From contig OX597822.1 of the NCBI GenBank assembly GCA_951406725.2, positions 101,556,001 to 101,620,000 on the forward strand: 64,000 nucleotides of DNA, written 5' to 3'. The position numbers were made by a program, and so were the translations under genes. Origin of the DNA: Octopus vulgaris. Lineage: Eukaryota. The notes under the pieces were generated by a model that saw only the letters and a list, made by a program, of their open reading frames with translations, was not told where the DNA came from and did not search any database. Position 1 is the first letter of the stretch. The number at the start of each line of letters is the position of its first letter. Shown here one piece after another: positions 1 through 14,659 of this stretch.

Positions 1-1266
1 GATTGTCAAGCACCATTTCATGTGATCTATAAAAACACTTGAAATGTTATTAAACGGAAGATTGGAGTTGAATTAAATATTGATTGAGTCAATTATGAAC
101 GTTGAGGAGGAGTTATAATTCCTTGGAATTTTAAATGTATAATTTGATCAGTTTATAGATGACTGATTGATACGTTTGTGAACAGAATTTCGGTTTATTG
201 AGGAGGATTTGTGGACCTAATGATATGTAAAACCATATGTAAATGATGATAATAATGATAATAACCATAACGATGATGAGGTTATTGTTGTTGATGATGA
301 AGATGATGTTGATGATAATGATCATCATCGCCATCATTTCCCTCGTCATTTCCTACACGATATGAAATGTAATATTTGTTGTATATTGTTAAGGTTTCAT
401 ATGACAGCAATCCGTTATCAATGTAGAATTGAAACAAACCGATCTCTTGACAATTGCTATACTTATTTTCTATTTGAATAAACACGAATATTTTCGAAGT
501 TCCTATTACAATATTCGACATCTATAATAACGTAAACCGCTTGACCTGTTTTCACTTCCGATTTATAAAATAGAGGACTTTAAAATATATATTCTTCATT
601 TCAAAAGTTTGCTCAGCTACCTTTTCAGTTTCCTTTATAATTCGAAATAACATTCAAGCTTGGTGTTATAAGAGAATATTTTTTCTACTGGCAAATTTAC
701 GCATATTTTTTTATATTATATTTACTTTGCAAAAGAAAAACACTGTTTGCAGGAGTTGTAAATCGACTCCATTGCCAACGTGATTGGTAATTTATTTTAT
801 ATATATAAAACAGCACATTTTTCATTCTGGTTTCGAACCGTATAAAATCCTTTCGAAGAAAAGGCAAAATTGACTCAGTTGGATTGAACACAGAAAATAA
901 AGGATCCCAACTAAAATTTTTAAAAAAGAGATGAAAAACTGCAAGAATTTTATTTTATGTCAATTCACCTCCGATGTTGACAGTAGATCTCCTAATCTGT
1001 TGAATATTGAAGTTTGATATGCCGGTCGGAATTTGAAATGTAGGGATTACCTTACTAATGTAAACCGTCTAATACCGTAAATGTCGTTTCATAGTGAGGA
1101 AGGGACTAAAACCACCCTTATATTTTCTATTCCACCACTAAAACAGACAAAAGTTAAAAGATAAAAGGTAAAATCCTGTCTTTCAGAAATAGCTGACTCG
1201 AGTATAGTAACATCCCCACAAGTCACATATATAAAGGCCTAAATGAATCAGGTCTCTTTGGATATA

Positions 1267-1502
1267 GAGTAATCCCTCGACTATTGCGCGTGTTACGTTC
1301 TAAAACCTCCCACAGAAATAATGAAAATCTAAAAAAATAAAAATACCTATCGGCTTAAGAAATCCGCGATATACTGAGGAAGCTGCGATATAGATTTACA
1401 TATATTAGCCAGAAAAATTCGCGATGTACTGAGTGTGCGATATGTAAACCGCGATGTACTGAGTGCACGATAGGTGAACCGCGATATGGCGAGAGATTAC
1501 TG
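1267..1502. mobile_element. Tigger/pogo-like MITE
   Basis: TA-flanked imperfect TIRs gagtaatccctcgac ... gcgagagattactg; internal repeats of cgcgatgtactgagtg; no ORF. Confidence 0.75.
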
Positions 1503-2529
1503 TAGATGTCTAGAAGAATCTTTGATTCCAGTTTCAAACCCCATAAAATTCTTTTGACAGCTGGGGCCACAACAAGCTGCAAATCTCATTATTCTAGGAC
1601 TTTGTTTTCAGCATTCAAGTTGCTGTATAACTGTAAAAGGTCGCGAAGGCAAAAATATTTTATTTCTGAAATATTTAATAAAGCATATAAAATATAAAAT
1701 GCGAATGAAAACTTAAGGGCCAAGAGAACCTCATAGAGTTTGAATTGTAATTTTAGAAGGACGAAATGATGGAGTATCTACTGTTTGTAACCACTCAAAC
1801 TTCAAGAAATGACAACGAAATCTGTCTCTAAAATAAAGTCTACTGCATTTAAAACAGAGACGAAGATTTTTACTATTATAGTCGGAAGGAGATATATCTG
1901 TAAACGGTAGATCGTAATGTATAGCGATTATTCAGTGATATGTTTAGCTGGACAGGGAAAGCCTTGATTTAAACAATAATATTAACGACAACAGCGAAAT
2001 CTTTAAGAGGAAATATTTGAGTGGTTCACGTGAGAGCATTTGAAATATAAGACATACATCACATAAAATGAAATGTCAACTAAACTACATTTGCCATTCG
2101 TTTTGATCCTTTCGGGAGAAATTCACCTGATCTTTCTAATCTGCACTTTGCTTTTGAGTGATAAATCCCTGTAGGAAATTTAATAAAATTGATATCATGA
2201 AAAGATTTATATTTAGATATTTCATATATTTTCATATTTTCATATATGTATATATACCCATACAAACTTACACCATCATTTTCGCGTGGCATATATATAT
2301 ATATATATATATATACACGCAATAAACTAGTTATAGAATCTCAAGAAGAGATATAGTTGTAACGTATACTAAACAGTAGAGTGGCAGATGTATTTTACTA
2401 CTAGTTTAACTCCAGTTGGATTCCCTGCCAGCTGGTTTTCGTTGCAAGCTTTGCATCCTTATATACAATACACCGCTAGCAGGGGGGGGGGGCGAAATAA
2501 TATAATAATATGTGTATATTATTATATTA

Positions 2530-2821
2530 TGTAGTGGTTAGGGCATTTGGCTCACGATCGTAACGTTGTAAGCTCAATTCCCGTCCACGCGTTGTGTCCT
2601 TGAGCAAAACACTTTATTTCACGTTGCTCCAGTCCACTCAGCTGGTAAAATCTAGTAGTACCTGTATTTCAAACGGCCAAGCCTTGTCACACTCTGTATC
2701 ACGCTGAACGATACGTGTGTCTGTGGAGTGCTCAGCCACTTGTACGTTAATTTAACGAGCAAGCTGTTCCGTTAATCGTATCAGCTGGGACCCTCGTCGT
2801 CGTAACCGACAGAGTACTTCC
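2530..2821 (+). mobile_element. tRNA-derived SINE (Ceph-SINE-like)
   Basis: Decayed A/B-box head (gtagtggttagggc ... gctcaattccc); 3' half shared with the SINE at 56512-56900 (gtgtctgtggagtgctcagccactt ... ccctcgtcgtcgtaaccgac). Confidence 0.75.
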
Positions 2822-2892
2822 TAATATTCTATACATAATATGTATACATATTCATATGAATCATGAGATTTATACATATGTAAATATACGTA

Positions 2893-2924
<32 letters not shown>

Positions 2925-2990
2925 GCAATGTGTGTATATGCATGTATGTTAATATATATATATATAACAATGTGTGTATATGCATGTATG

Positions 2991-3039
<49 letters not shown>

Positions 3040-3365
3040 AGTGAATGATTATTTCACTCCATGGTAACAAAAAACTGTTGATCTCTTTCTGCGGTACTAT
3101 CTTGTGACGCACATGGTAAACGTGGAGGGAAAATATGAATTTCACTCGTCTAATCCCAAAACGCGTCCATAATTAATCGAAGACTGTTTGATTTCACTAT
3201 TTTCCTTCTTGTCGCCTATGTGAGTTACAGATGTTATTATCTTTGGAGTCACATTTTGTAGCAAAAAGAAATAACGGTCTTTTGGCTGCTATTTCTAAAT
3301 TTTCGGTATGTGGTGAAGCAATTTGTTACTAAACCCTTAATTATTGTTATATATATATACATACA

Positions 3366-3414
<49 letters not shown>

Positions 3415-3426
3415 ACACACACACCC

Positions 3427-3484
<58 letters not shown>

Positions 3485-4895
3485 TAAATATGCATAAATA
3501 CACATGATCGACTTTTGGTAATATGATGGAATGATTTTAGAGCAAGCTTAGATTATCCCTCATACATGACGTTTACTTCCTCTGTGCCTGCAAGAGTTTT
3601 AAATCAAATCACAGTAAGATTTTCCTTGGAATTTGACCCGATCTAAATTTAATTTTTTAGTGATTTGGGTGTGATATTCTGCTAAGATGCAGACGATGTC
3701 AACGTTATTTCGCTTGACGCAAAGCCCTGGGGGAAAGTGGACGTTGTGTCATTCATATATTTTTTTTAAGATCACCCAATTCATTAATGCATCATTGCAA
3801 AAGTAAAGAACATTTCTTGACCCTTGATTACGAAGAGGTTTCTTCTGCCATTTCCAGTTAAAAGAAATGTAATAGTATTTAAATATCTGCCTTCAAATAG
3901 GCTGATTGTGAGTCTGATATTGCAGTCAGAATAAGAATATAAGAAAAGCTCAATGTTAAAATATTTTGTCTCGACAATTTTTCTTCGTTACTTTCTTTCA
4001 ATCGCTTCCAGACCATATGCAATCATTGTTATGCAAAATATAAATAGTTAAATAGTTTTATCCCATAAAAAATTATGAACTTGAATTGTGCTTAAAATCA
4101 TCTTAAGATAATTTTTTAGTGAAGCAATATAAAATATGAAAGTTGAAATCCATATTAAGCGATCGGTGAATTGATGACAGTTCAAAGTATTCAAATGCCA
4201 TAAAAAATGTTGTGATTGAATATTTTGGCTAGTTCGATATGCGGCGCATGATATCGAATGTTTCATTTTATATTAAACATCCTGATCGATCTTTGAAAAT
4301 ATTTTAACATATTTATATATAACCCCATATAACCACAAGCATAAATAATTTATGGCTTTAAAATTCGTTATTCTCCCCACCCACTCATGCTGTCCTCTAA
4401 CTGTTCTGATTTGTTTATCATATTTATTTATTTATTTCTCTCCACTTCAGCATAGAAATATCCATATTCCCATATATTTCTTGATATTTTATAATTTTGC
4501 CTGTAATGTATGTGAAAAGAATAGCATTTGTCGTTCTATCAATATTTATATATAACATAATGCTTATATATTATGTATGTATGTATGTATGTATGTATGT
4601 ATGTATGTATGTATGTATGTATGTATGTATGTATGTATGTGTGTATGTATGTATGTATGTATGTATGTATGTATGTATATCATATGAACAGGTATCCAGT
4701 TTGAAATGGTACGGAATGTAAGTGATAATGCAAACACCTTACTTTTGTCTTCTAATGCTTCAGACTTACGCGACATCATCTACGTCAACATATTAATTAT
4801 TACAATTCTATAAATTTAAAAAAGAAACCTTGACAGGAAATAGAAAAGAAAAATACGTTAAATATTTAAAGAGCAATTATTTTTATCATTATTAT

Positions 4896-4957
<62 letters not shown>

Positions 4958-5363
4958 TTGAAATGCCGTAATAAAAAGGTTTAAAATGTCTATTAAAAAA
5001 CAATAAATATTGAATAAATATAAAAAGAGAACCACAATATCTTTGGGATGCAATCATTGTACTATTTATACAAGTATAAGCTGAGATTGTATGTTAGTAA
5101 ACGTTGATAAAATATGAAATAATATACTACAATGAGATAAATAATTGTATATGTGTGTATACAGATCAATGAGACGATTTCCATTAATGTGTTTTCAAGA
5201 GACTTTCAGAGTCTTTGACTAATAAATCGAGACGTATTGCTCAATTAACAAGCATAATTGGGGCATAATCAAAAGAATAACAAAATATGTTGTTCATGAC
5301 TCATATAATATACATTTATGAAGTCAAGTATCTATGTGTGCATATTTCTTTATAAATGCATGC

Positions 5364-6773
<1,410 letters not shown>

Positions 6774-7100
6774 TATAACGTAAGACACTCGAATGTTTGA
6801 TCTCTTTTCCGATGTAACCATTGATCTTTCAGTCTTCTTCTTTCTACCTCTGGCTTCTTCGTTCTGAAGATGTCTACTATTGGTAACGTCACAAATATAC
6901 AAATATATATTTTCTTCTCCATAGTAAACAGAATCGATTGTAAACAACTTCACTCTCATTCTCACTTTTATTTACTAATTAAATAATGGATTACTAGCGC
7001 AAAAGGCACATCCGTTTATTTTTCCTCCACTTTCTTCACCTCTCTCTCTCTCTCTCTCTCTCTCTATTTATATATATATATATATATCATTATATATAAA

Positions 7101-7283
7101 GGGAAAGTTTACGAAAATAAACAAAAGACGAGCACAGGTGTATTAGTATAGCGCTCAGGAATAGAAAAAAGTCTTTTACGTTTCGAGCCTACGCTCTTCG
7201 ACAGAAAGATACACAGAAAAAAACAAGGAGAGAATCAAGGAGAGAAAAAATGCGTGCAGTAGCTAACGATCTATCATGGCGTC
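7101..7283 (-). mobile_element. Penelope-like 3'-terminal fragment with atypical hammerhead-like motif
   Basis: Minus strand ctgtcga-a-gagc-gtag-gctc-gaaac-gta; same sequence at 14084-14250, 47545-47707 and (decayed) 9655-9790; next to (TA)n. Confidence 0.55.
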
Positions 7284-7316
7284 CTAAATAATTATATATA
7301 TATATATATAAATAAT

Positions 7317-7428
<112 letters not shown>

Positions 7429-7698
7429 AAACAGAATGTTTGAAAAGGCAAAGGTCATTTAGAGTCGTTTATTGACTTGACCAGTTTCACTTTTTTAGAA
7501 AAAGATTATCAAAATTAAAATGTAAAGCTTTGTATAAGCTTTGTTGTGTTAAAAAGTGGTCATCACGAAAGTATTAAAATATAGTTATACAGTCTTTGAT
7601 AACGATAAGAAAATGTTAAAAACAGTTTACATGAAAGTGTTCAAGGAAGGGAATACAATAAGTATTTTGAGTTCAATAAAAATCGTGTTTGTGTACTA

Positions 7699-7746
<48 letters not shown>

Positions 7747-8332
7747 GGAGATATATTTAAGAATTTACAAAAATTGGAGAGGAATAACTGACATTTTCTT
7801 TCTTGTGTGTAGCTCAGGAATGTTTTCTATTTTAAGAGATAGTGTGGGAGGTTGGTTTGGGGAATAGCAATGTGGAATCGAAAGGAGTTTTTTGTTTCTG
7901 GGCTAGTGTGTCATGGATCAGTGGTTTTGGGGACTGGTCTTAGAGGTCAGAGGTGTGTGTGTGTGTGTGTGTGTGTGTGCACATCTCTATAGTAGGCTTT
8001 CAGTATTTTTCATTCTGCCACAAAATTAGCTAAGAGAAGTAATGTATTTGTTTTTTTAGTCTCTAGTACTGATGAAGTGAGAAAACATCACTTCCACTAA
8101 ATATATCTACTTCCAAGCCTTCATGCTTTATTCCTATTCACCCATCGCTCTATATCTCTCCACTATTAGTTTTCTGCTAATTTCTTTCTTTCTCCTCCTC
8201 TTTCTATAAACTGCCTTTGACGCTATATCTATTTGCGGTTTTTTAAAACAGAACTTACTAGCATTCTCTTCATCCTATACGCAGTCATAAGATTCTGTTA
8301 AAATGTCTTACTGATGTGTTTGGTTTCTTTCT

Positions 8333-8418
8333 TTCCCTGATGAGAAGATTGCATTGTTTTACATCATTTTATTCCTACTGGAATAATACCACTTTTTTCT
8401 TCAAAACATATGTCGGAA
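8333..8418 (+). ncRNA. Type I hammerhead ribozyme-like motif with a G12-to-A substitution
   Basis: ttcc-CTGATGA-gaaga...tcttc-AAAAC-atat-GTC-ggaa: stem I, core, 5-bp stem II and palindromic minimal stem III all present. Confidence 0.65.
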
Positions 8419-8617
8419 GTAAAACGATTTGAATAACACATGCGTTTAACTCCATTTATTTATCTATGTGGTACAAAAACATTTCTCCAAAACCTGAAAT
8501 TTCTACCTTTATAAGTAGGCTGTTACATCTGGGAATTTTTGCTACCCTGGTAACTATTTATTTATTTTTTCCGTGTTATTTGTAAACATTGAAAAACAAC
8601 ACACACATACACGGGCG

Positions 8618-8688
<71 letters not shown>

Positions 8689-8716
8689 CTAGATATATAT
8701 ATATATATATATATAT

Positions 8717-8875
8717 ACGACGAGATTCTTTCAGTTTCCGTCTACCAAATCCACTCACAAGGTTGTGGTCGGCCTGAGGTTATAGTAGGAGACACTTGCC
8801 CAAGGTGTCACTCAGCGGGACTGAACCCGGAACCCTGTGGTTGGGAAGCAAGCTTCTTACCACGTAGCCACTCCT
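8717..8875 (-). mobile_element. tRNA-derived SINE, head half (family of 9085-9481)
   Basis: Near-identical to the head portion of the other copies. Confidence 0.8.
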
Positions 8876-9072
8876 CGCCATATCGCAGTTTACTATTTAA
8901 ACTTACGACGATTCCTTTGTGGTGTTGCTTTGCATTTATAAGAAAATAAATATCTACAAATTATAAAAAATAAATTAAAAAATATACAGTATAGTACTGT
9001 TACTACCTCGTGGATTTTAACCTAGAGCGGGGTATTTTGGAACGTAAAACCCGCGATAGTCGAGGGATTACT
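8873..9072. mobile_element. Second Tigger/pogo-like MITE, opposite orientation to 1267-1502
   Basis: Ends cctcgccatatcgc ... cgcgatagtcgagggattacta match the 1267-1502 termini. Confidence 0.65.
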
Positions 9073-9084
9073 ATATATATATAT

Positions 9085-9478
9085 TCTCTCTTTACTCTTT
9101 TACTCTTTTACTTGTTTCAGTCATTTGACTGCGGCCATGCTGGAGCACCGCCTTTAGTCATGCAAATCGACCCCGGGACTTATTCTTTGTAAGCCCAGTA
9201 CTTATTCTATCGGTCTCTTTTGCCGAACCGCTAAGTGACGGGGACGTAAACACACCAGCATCGGTTGTCAAGCAATGCTAGGGGGACAAACAGAGACACA
9301 CAAACACACACATACATATATATACGACAGGCTTCTTTCAGTTTCCGTCTACCAAATCCACTCACAAGGCATTGGTCGGCCCGGGGCTATAGCAGAAGAC
9401 ACTTGCCCAAGATGCCACGCAGTGGGACTGAACCCGGAACCATGTTAGCAAGCTACTTACCACACAGCCACTCCTGCG

Positions 9479-9481
<3 letters not shown>
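9085..9481 (-). mobile_element. tRNA-derived SINE (octopus OR/CORE-like) with central (CA)/(TA) tract and LINE-derived tail
   Basis: Head aggagtggctgtgtggtaag...gttccgggttcagtccc; CORE-like cttgggcaagtg; tail ggcggtgctccagcatggccgcagtcaaatgactgaaac+(aagtaaaag)n; many copies in the window. Confidence 0.88.
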
Positions 9482-9530
<49 letters not shown>

Positions 9531-11705
9531 TATATATGTATACATATATACACATGCACATGTATATGCATACAGGTATGCATACACACGCGCATGCGTA
9601 TATACATGCATACATATATGGTGCAAAGAGAAACGCAAGCATGAATGCGAGAGAAAAAAAACATACAAAATAATTATATTAAGCCTTTACGCTCCGGAAA
9701 ATAGAAGAAAAGTCTTTTACGTTTTGGGGTTAAGGAGTGAAAAAAAAGGAGAGAGAAAAAGAGAAACATGTTTTAGCAAGACGGTTAGTGCATATTGAAA
9801 TGACTAGAGGGAGAAGTGGTCGCTAGTGGCGTGTCAAAGAAATCCACTCTGGGAACTTGTAGCAGCGTGGTTGGTATGGGAGATAACTGGAAACCTGGAA
9901 AATGTGTGTGTGCGACTATATGTCTTGTAGTACCCTACTTTTCCACCTCCAGTTAACATGCTAAGTTCGAGTCAAAAAATCTATGCTCCCTGCTTCAAAA
10001 TTATTAATTATGTACGTCATAGAATATTTTATTACTGTCGAGACATTTTGATTATTATTTCCTTTTTGAAACAATATTTCGTCATTCCTGCTCTTTAGAG
10101 CTGGCTTTGAAATGATCTAAATTCAATAAAAGGGCTCTCTAGAGTACAAAATAAATAGTTCACATATTTTATAATAGAATCATGAATCCGTCTTCGATAT
10201 TAATTTACTAAAGCGCAATGAAACGAACGGAAAATTATAACTAATAAACTGAAATACTATGGGATTTTTTTCATTTTTAATCCGATTGTCATCTTATTGA
10301 AATATTTGCCGTGATTTTCCATAATGAATTGCATTTATGCTGTTTATATATTGCTTGAGGGGGGATATTTTCTTTGTACATTTGTTTGAAGTGTGCTTTT
10401 GAGGTGTGTTAATGTGTTGAGAGGAAATCAACGAATTTCATTTTCATGTAATTTTATATCAAATTCAAAATGCAAATCGTTCGCAGATTTTCCTCCTGTC
10501 TACTTTTGAGGAGAATTTGATGTACTATGTCCGTAGTGGTTTGAAAGTAAACTTCCCAGATATGGTTCGATCGCTTTGAGCAGTACCTTTCGAAAAGTGT
10601 CTAATAAAATACCCCGGAGGCGACCTGTGAAAACCTTAGTCAACGGAAACTTTGAGGGACTCTTCGAGAACATTCCCTATACTCGGAGAATGACATCCGT
10701 TTTCTATTTGTCTGCTTAACACCACCATGTGGTTCTTGAATGACTTTAGACAAGTACACAGTGCTGTAACTATTCCAGTAAACTCTTCGGTAGGAATAAA
10801 ACTTCCTCATTGTTTATGCAAATTTCTGAGACCCTGTAAAATCTCAAACGAACCCTTTTCTTCCTGTTACTAAGCCACAAGGGGTGTGTCTAAGAAATAC
10901 CTCACAGCCTGTTGGAGGTTGCCTCTTTTTAAAACGTAAAGACAAAAAATATATCACTGGATTGCTGATATTAGCATTTCCTTTATTTATATCTCTCGTT
11001 TATTTTTCTTTTATGAATGTCTAGAATCTAACAGATTGCGTTCAGGCAAAATAAAAATCGCTAAACAAGGGAGTTTTCATTGAACGCTTACCGAGAAGTA
11101 AAGGAGAATGTGTGTGACTTAACTTTTCTCTATAAGACTACCTCTGTAAGATAAGGAAGAAAGCCGCTTAATAAATTATATTTGAGATGTCATATTAACT
11201 ATCTTCGTATCTCAATATATCAACACTACGTCATGAAACACTGCTGAGGTGCTTCATTACAGCAACTGCTGAGCTGTACAATCTCTTAACTGTTACAATA
11301 TATCCAAAAGTAGGTTGCGCTTTGTTGTTACAACCACGGCTTAGGTATTTGTTTACAACTACTACTTGTTGCATCGTATTGCATCGAACACCAAAGTGAG
11401 TGACTTCAAACACCGCCGAGCTGTAACACTTAAACCACCGTTGGAATTTTCATTACAACCCTTGTTCTTTGACATATTACTGCTTTATAGCTTTTAGTTT
11501 TACTTATAAAATATTTAGCATTCTATATTATTTCAAAGTTGTGTCAATAATTTTTTCCGCTATGAGTTACGACCATTTAATAGTAATTTTACAGTCATTG
11601 GGTAACGTCCTAATGAGATTTTATATATGTATACATATAAACATGCATAATTACATACATTTATTATTATATAGACGCGCACACACATTCATCCGTACAT
11701 TATTA

Positions 11706-11797
<92 letters not shown>

Positions 11798-11863
11798 GCT
11801 GTTGTTGTTATTATTATTATCATCATCATCATCATCATCATCGTTATTATCATTATGATTACT

Positions 11864-12033
11864 GAGTGAGAGAGTAGTGCATGCCATCAATTTGACACTG
11901 GGGTAAAATATGCGAAGCCCAGAAAACCCATCATGACTACCCGTCTGATAAAGGTACACTAGGCATATGCATCACAACCATATGTGCGCGACATAGTGAT
12001 TGCATATCAAGCTAAGCAGTGCATGACCTTGCA
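11864..12033 (-). mobile_element. 5'-truncated copy of the ~557-bp (TAA)n-targeting non-autonomous element
   Basis: Matches the gagtgagagagcagtgc end of 33403-33959; adjacent to (TTA)n. Confidence 0.8.
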
Positions 12034-12599
12034 CTTACTGCATGGATGATCGCATTGGGATGCAAAGCCCCATTGTTGACCTCCTTGTCAACACCTGTCG
12101 AACCTATTTACAGACAGATGGCATTGGGTTGTCTGTTCACCAAACTGCTTCTCCCCCTCCTATTATCCCTCTCCAACTCTCACGTATTTATGATTATCTC
12201 AAGTGCAAGGCAAAAGTCGAAACTAAGCAACATTTAATAATACCACACAGTAGTAGGAGCAAAGATGGCAGACTTAACTATACAGACCAAAGGACTATTG
12301 GTGATAACTAACGATGAACATGCTGTAATGGCAAGGTTGATGTAATTGTAACGGTATTAATGGTGGAGTTAACAATTGTGGCAGAGACAACAACCGTGTC
12401 TACATCTGCCACTCAGCCCAATATTAATAATTTTAACGCTGCACGGGAATAACATTTCGCAAAATTACTCGTATTTAATTTAAGTTACCTAGTAAATATT
12501 CATGTTGAAGAGAGTTAGAAACATAAATGGCCGCAAAAAAATACAACTGAAGTTATGAGATGACGTAGACAACAGAACAAGATAATGTGATAATAAAAC

Positions 12600-12632
<33 letters not shown>

Positions 12633-12638
12633 TAATAA

Positions 12639-12748
<110 letters not shown>

Positions 12749-12766
12749 TTAATAATGATGATGATG

Positions 12767-12830
<64 letters not shown>

Positions 12831-13366
12831 TAATAATAATAATAATAAAGAAAGAAAGAATTAACGAAACGATATATGAGTAAATATACACACAAGTAAG
12901 TGATTATTGTTAAAGCAGCGATGCACGATAGAGATATATTTCTACTGCAGTGCAAAAGCTCCGAATGACGTAATACAGTACGGAATGATCTAGAATATTA
13001 TAAAGTTAATTCTGCCAGTGTTTTAAAGGGTGGATTAATGAAAACATCAACTTTTACTTTTAATCGGTTTAAATTTAGTCACATCTCTCTGATGTTTATA
13101 TGTCTTTTGCTTAGAATTTTCTCTGAAAGTATTGAATTCTCTCCTTTTCTTTTCCTTCCTAAGAACAAGCTACTCTTTACAGTTTAAATCATATTTTTGC
13201 ACACAAAAATATATACCCGCATAATACATACATACATACACACAGACACACACAGACACACACAGACACACACACACAGATACACACACACGCACATATA
13301 TATATATACATATATATATGTACATAGATATACACACACATATATAAATATATATATACATACATA

Positions 13367-13410
<44 letters not shown>

Positions 13411-13556
13411 TACATACACACATATATATGTATACATGTATAATCGTATTATATCCTATTCATAGTTTTAGAAGTTTAACCAACATTTCATTCTCTTATT
13501 TGCTTAGTGTCTATTTTAATATACTTACAAATATACACATACTATCTGACGCTATG

Positions 13557-13630
<74 letters not shown>

Positions 13631-13760
13631 CTCACTCAGACACACACACACGCACATGCATATATATATATGAATGCATATATGTATGCATGTATATATA
13701 TACATATATGCACATATATATATATGCATATATATATATATATATATGCAGAGAGAGAGA

Positions 13761-13805
<45 letters not shown>

Positions 13806-14083
13806 TATGTAATAATAATAACAATTTAATAAATAAAACATATGCATACATACATATACGTACATACCTACATCTATATGTATATATACATGCATATATA
13901 AGTACAGGGCACCACAAATAAACGTAGAACACAACGAATAACGAAAACATAAAAACAAAACAAGGAAACGGACTTTTTTTAACAACGAAAAAGCAGAGTA
14001 CAAGACAAACAACAGAGGGGACATTCCCCTTCTTCAACTGCCCCTGTTTCGACTCATTGCATGTAAGACGAAGACAGGTGTAT

Positions 14084-14250
14084 GGACGACGATCAGGCGT
14101 ATTAGTTTAACGCTCGGGACGAATGGAAAAGTCCTTTAGGTTTCGAGCCTACGCTCTTCGACAGAAAGGATTAAGAGGCAGAAAAATGGAGAGGGAATCA
14201 AAAAAGCGTAGACAAGAAAATGTGCAGAGTTCAACGGCCCAACATGCCAT
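14084..14250 (-). mobile_element. Penelope-like 3' fragment (family of 7101-7283)
   Basis: Shares gtttcgagcctacgctcttcgacagaaag. Confidence 0.55.
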
Positions 14251-14301
14251 TATGACTGGAAAAAAAAGAGGCTGAATGAAAGGATGATGATGATGATGAT
14301 G

Positions 14302-14385
<84 letters not shown>

Positions 14386-14387
<2 letters not shown>

Positions 14388-14659
14388 CAGTAGTTTTATT
14401 TTTATAGCGTGCTTTCACTTCACTACCGAGCGCAGCTCTGTGTGCCTTGGGTATGTGCTGTGATTTGTTATGATGCTCTGATGGTTATTGTATGGAAAGT
14501 GTTCTGCGTAGGATGTGTGGCACTGCACACATCTTACTCAGAACACTTTCCATACAATAACCATCAGAGCATCATAACAAATCACAGCACATACCCAAGG
14601 CACACAGAGCTGCGCTCGGTAGTGAAGTGAAAGCACGCTATAAAAATAAAACTACTGAA
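14386..14659. mobile_element. Head-to-head palindrome of two Dong family-A 3' ends
   Basis: ~133-bp inverted arms, each the family-A C-terminus plus 3'UTR; (TTA)n on the left, (TAA)n on the right. Confidence 0.9.
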
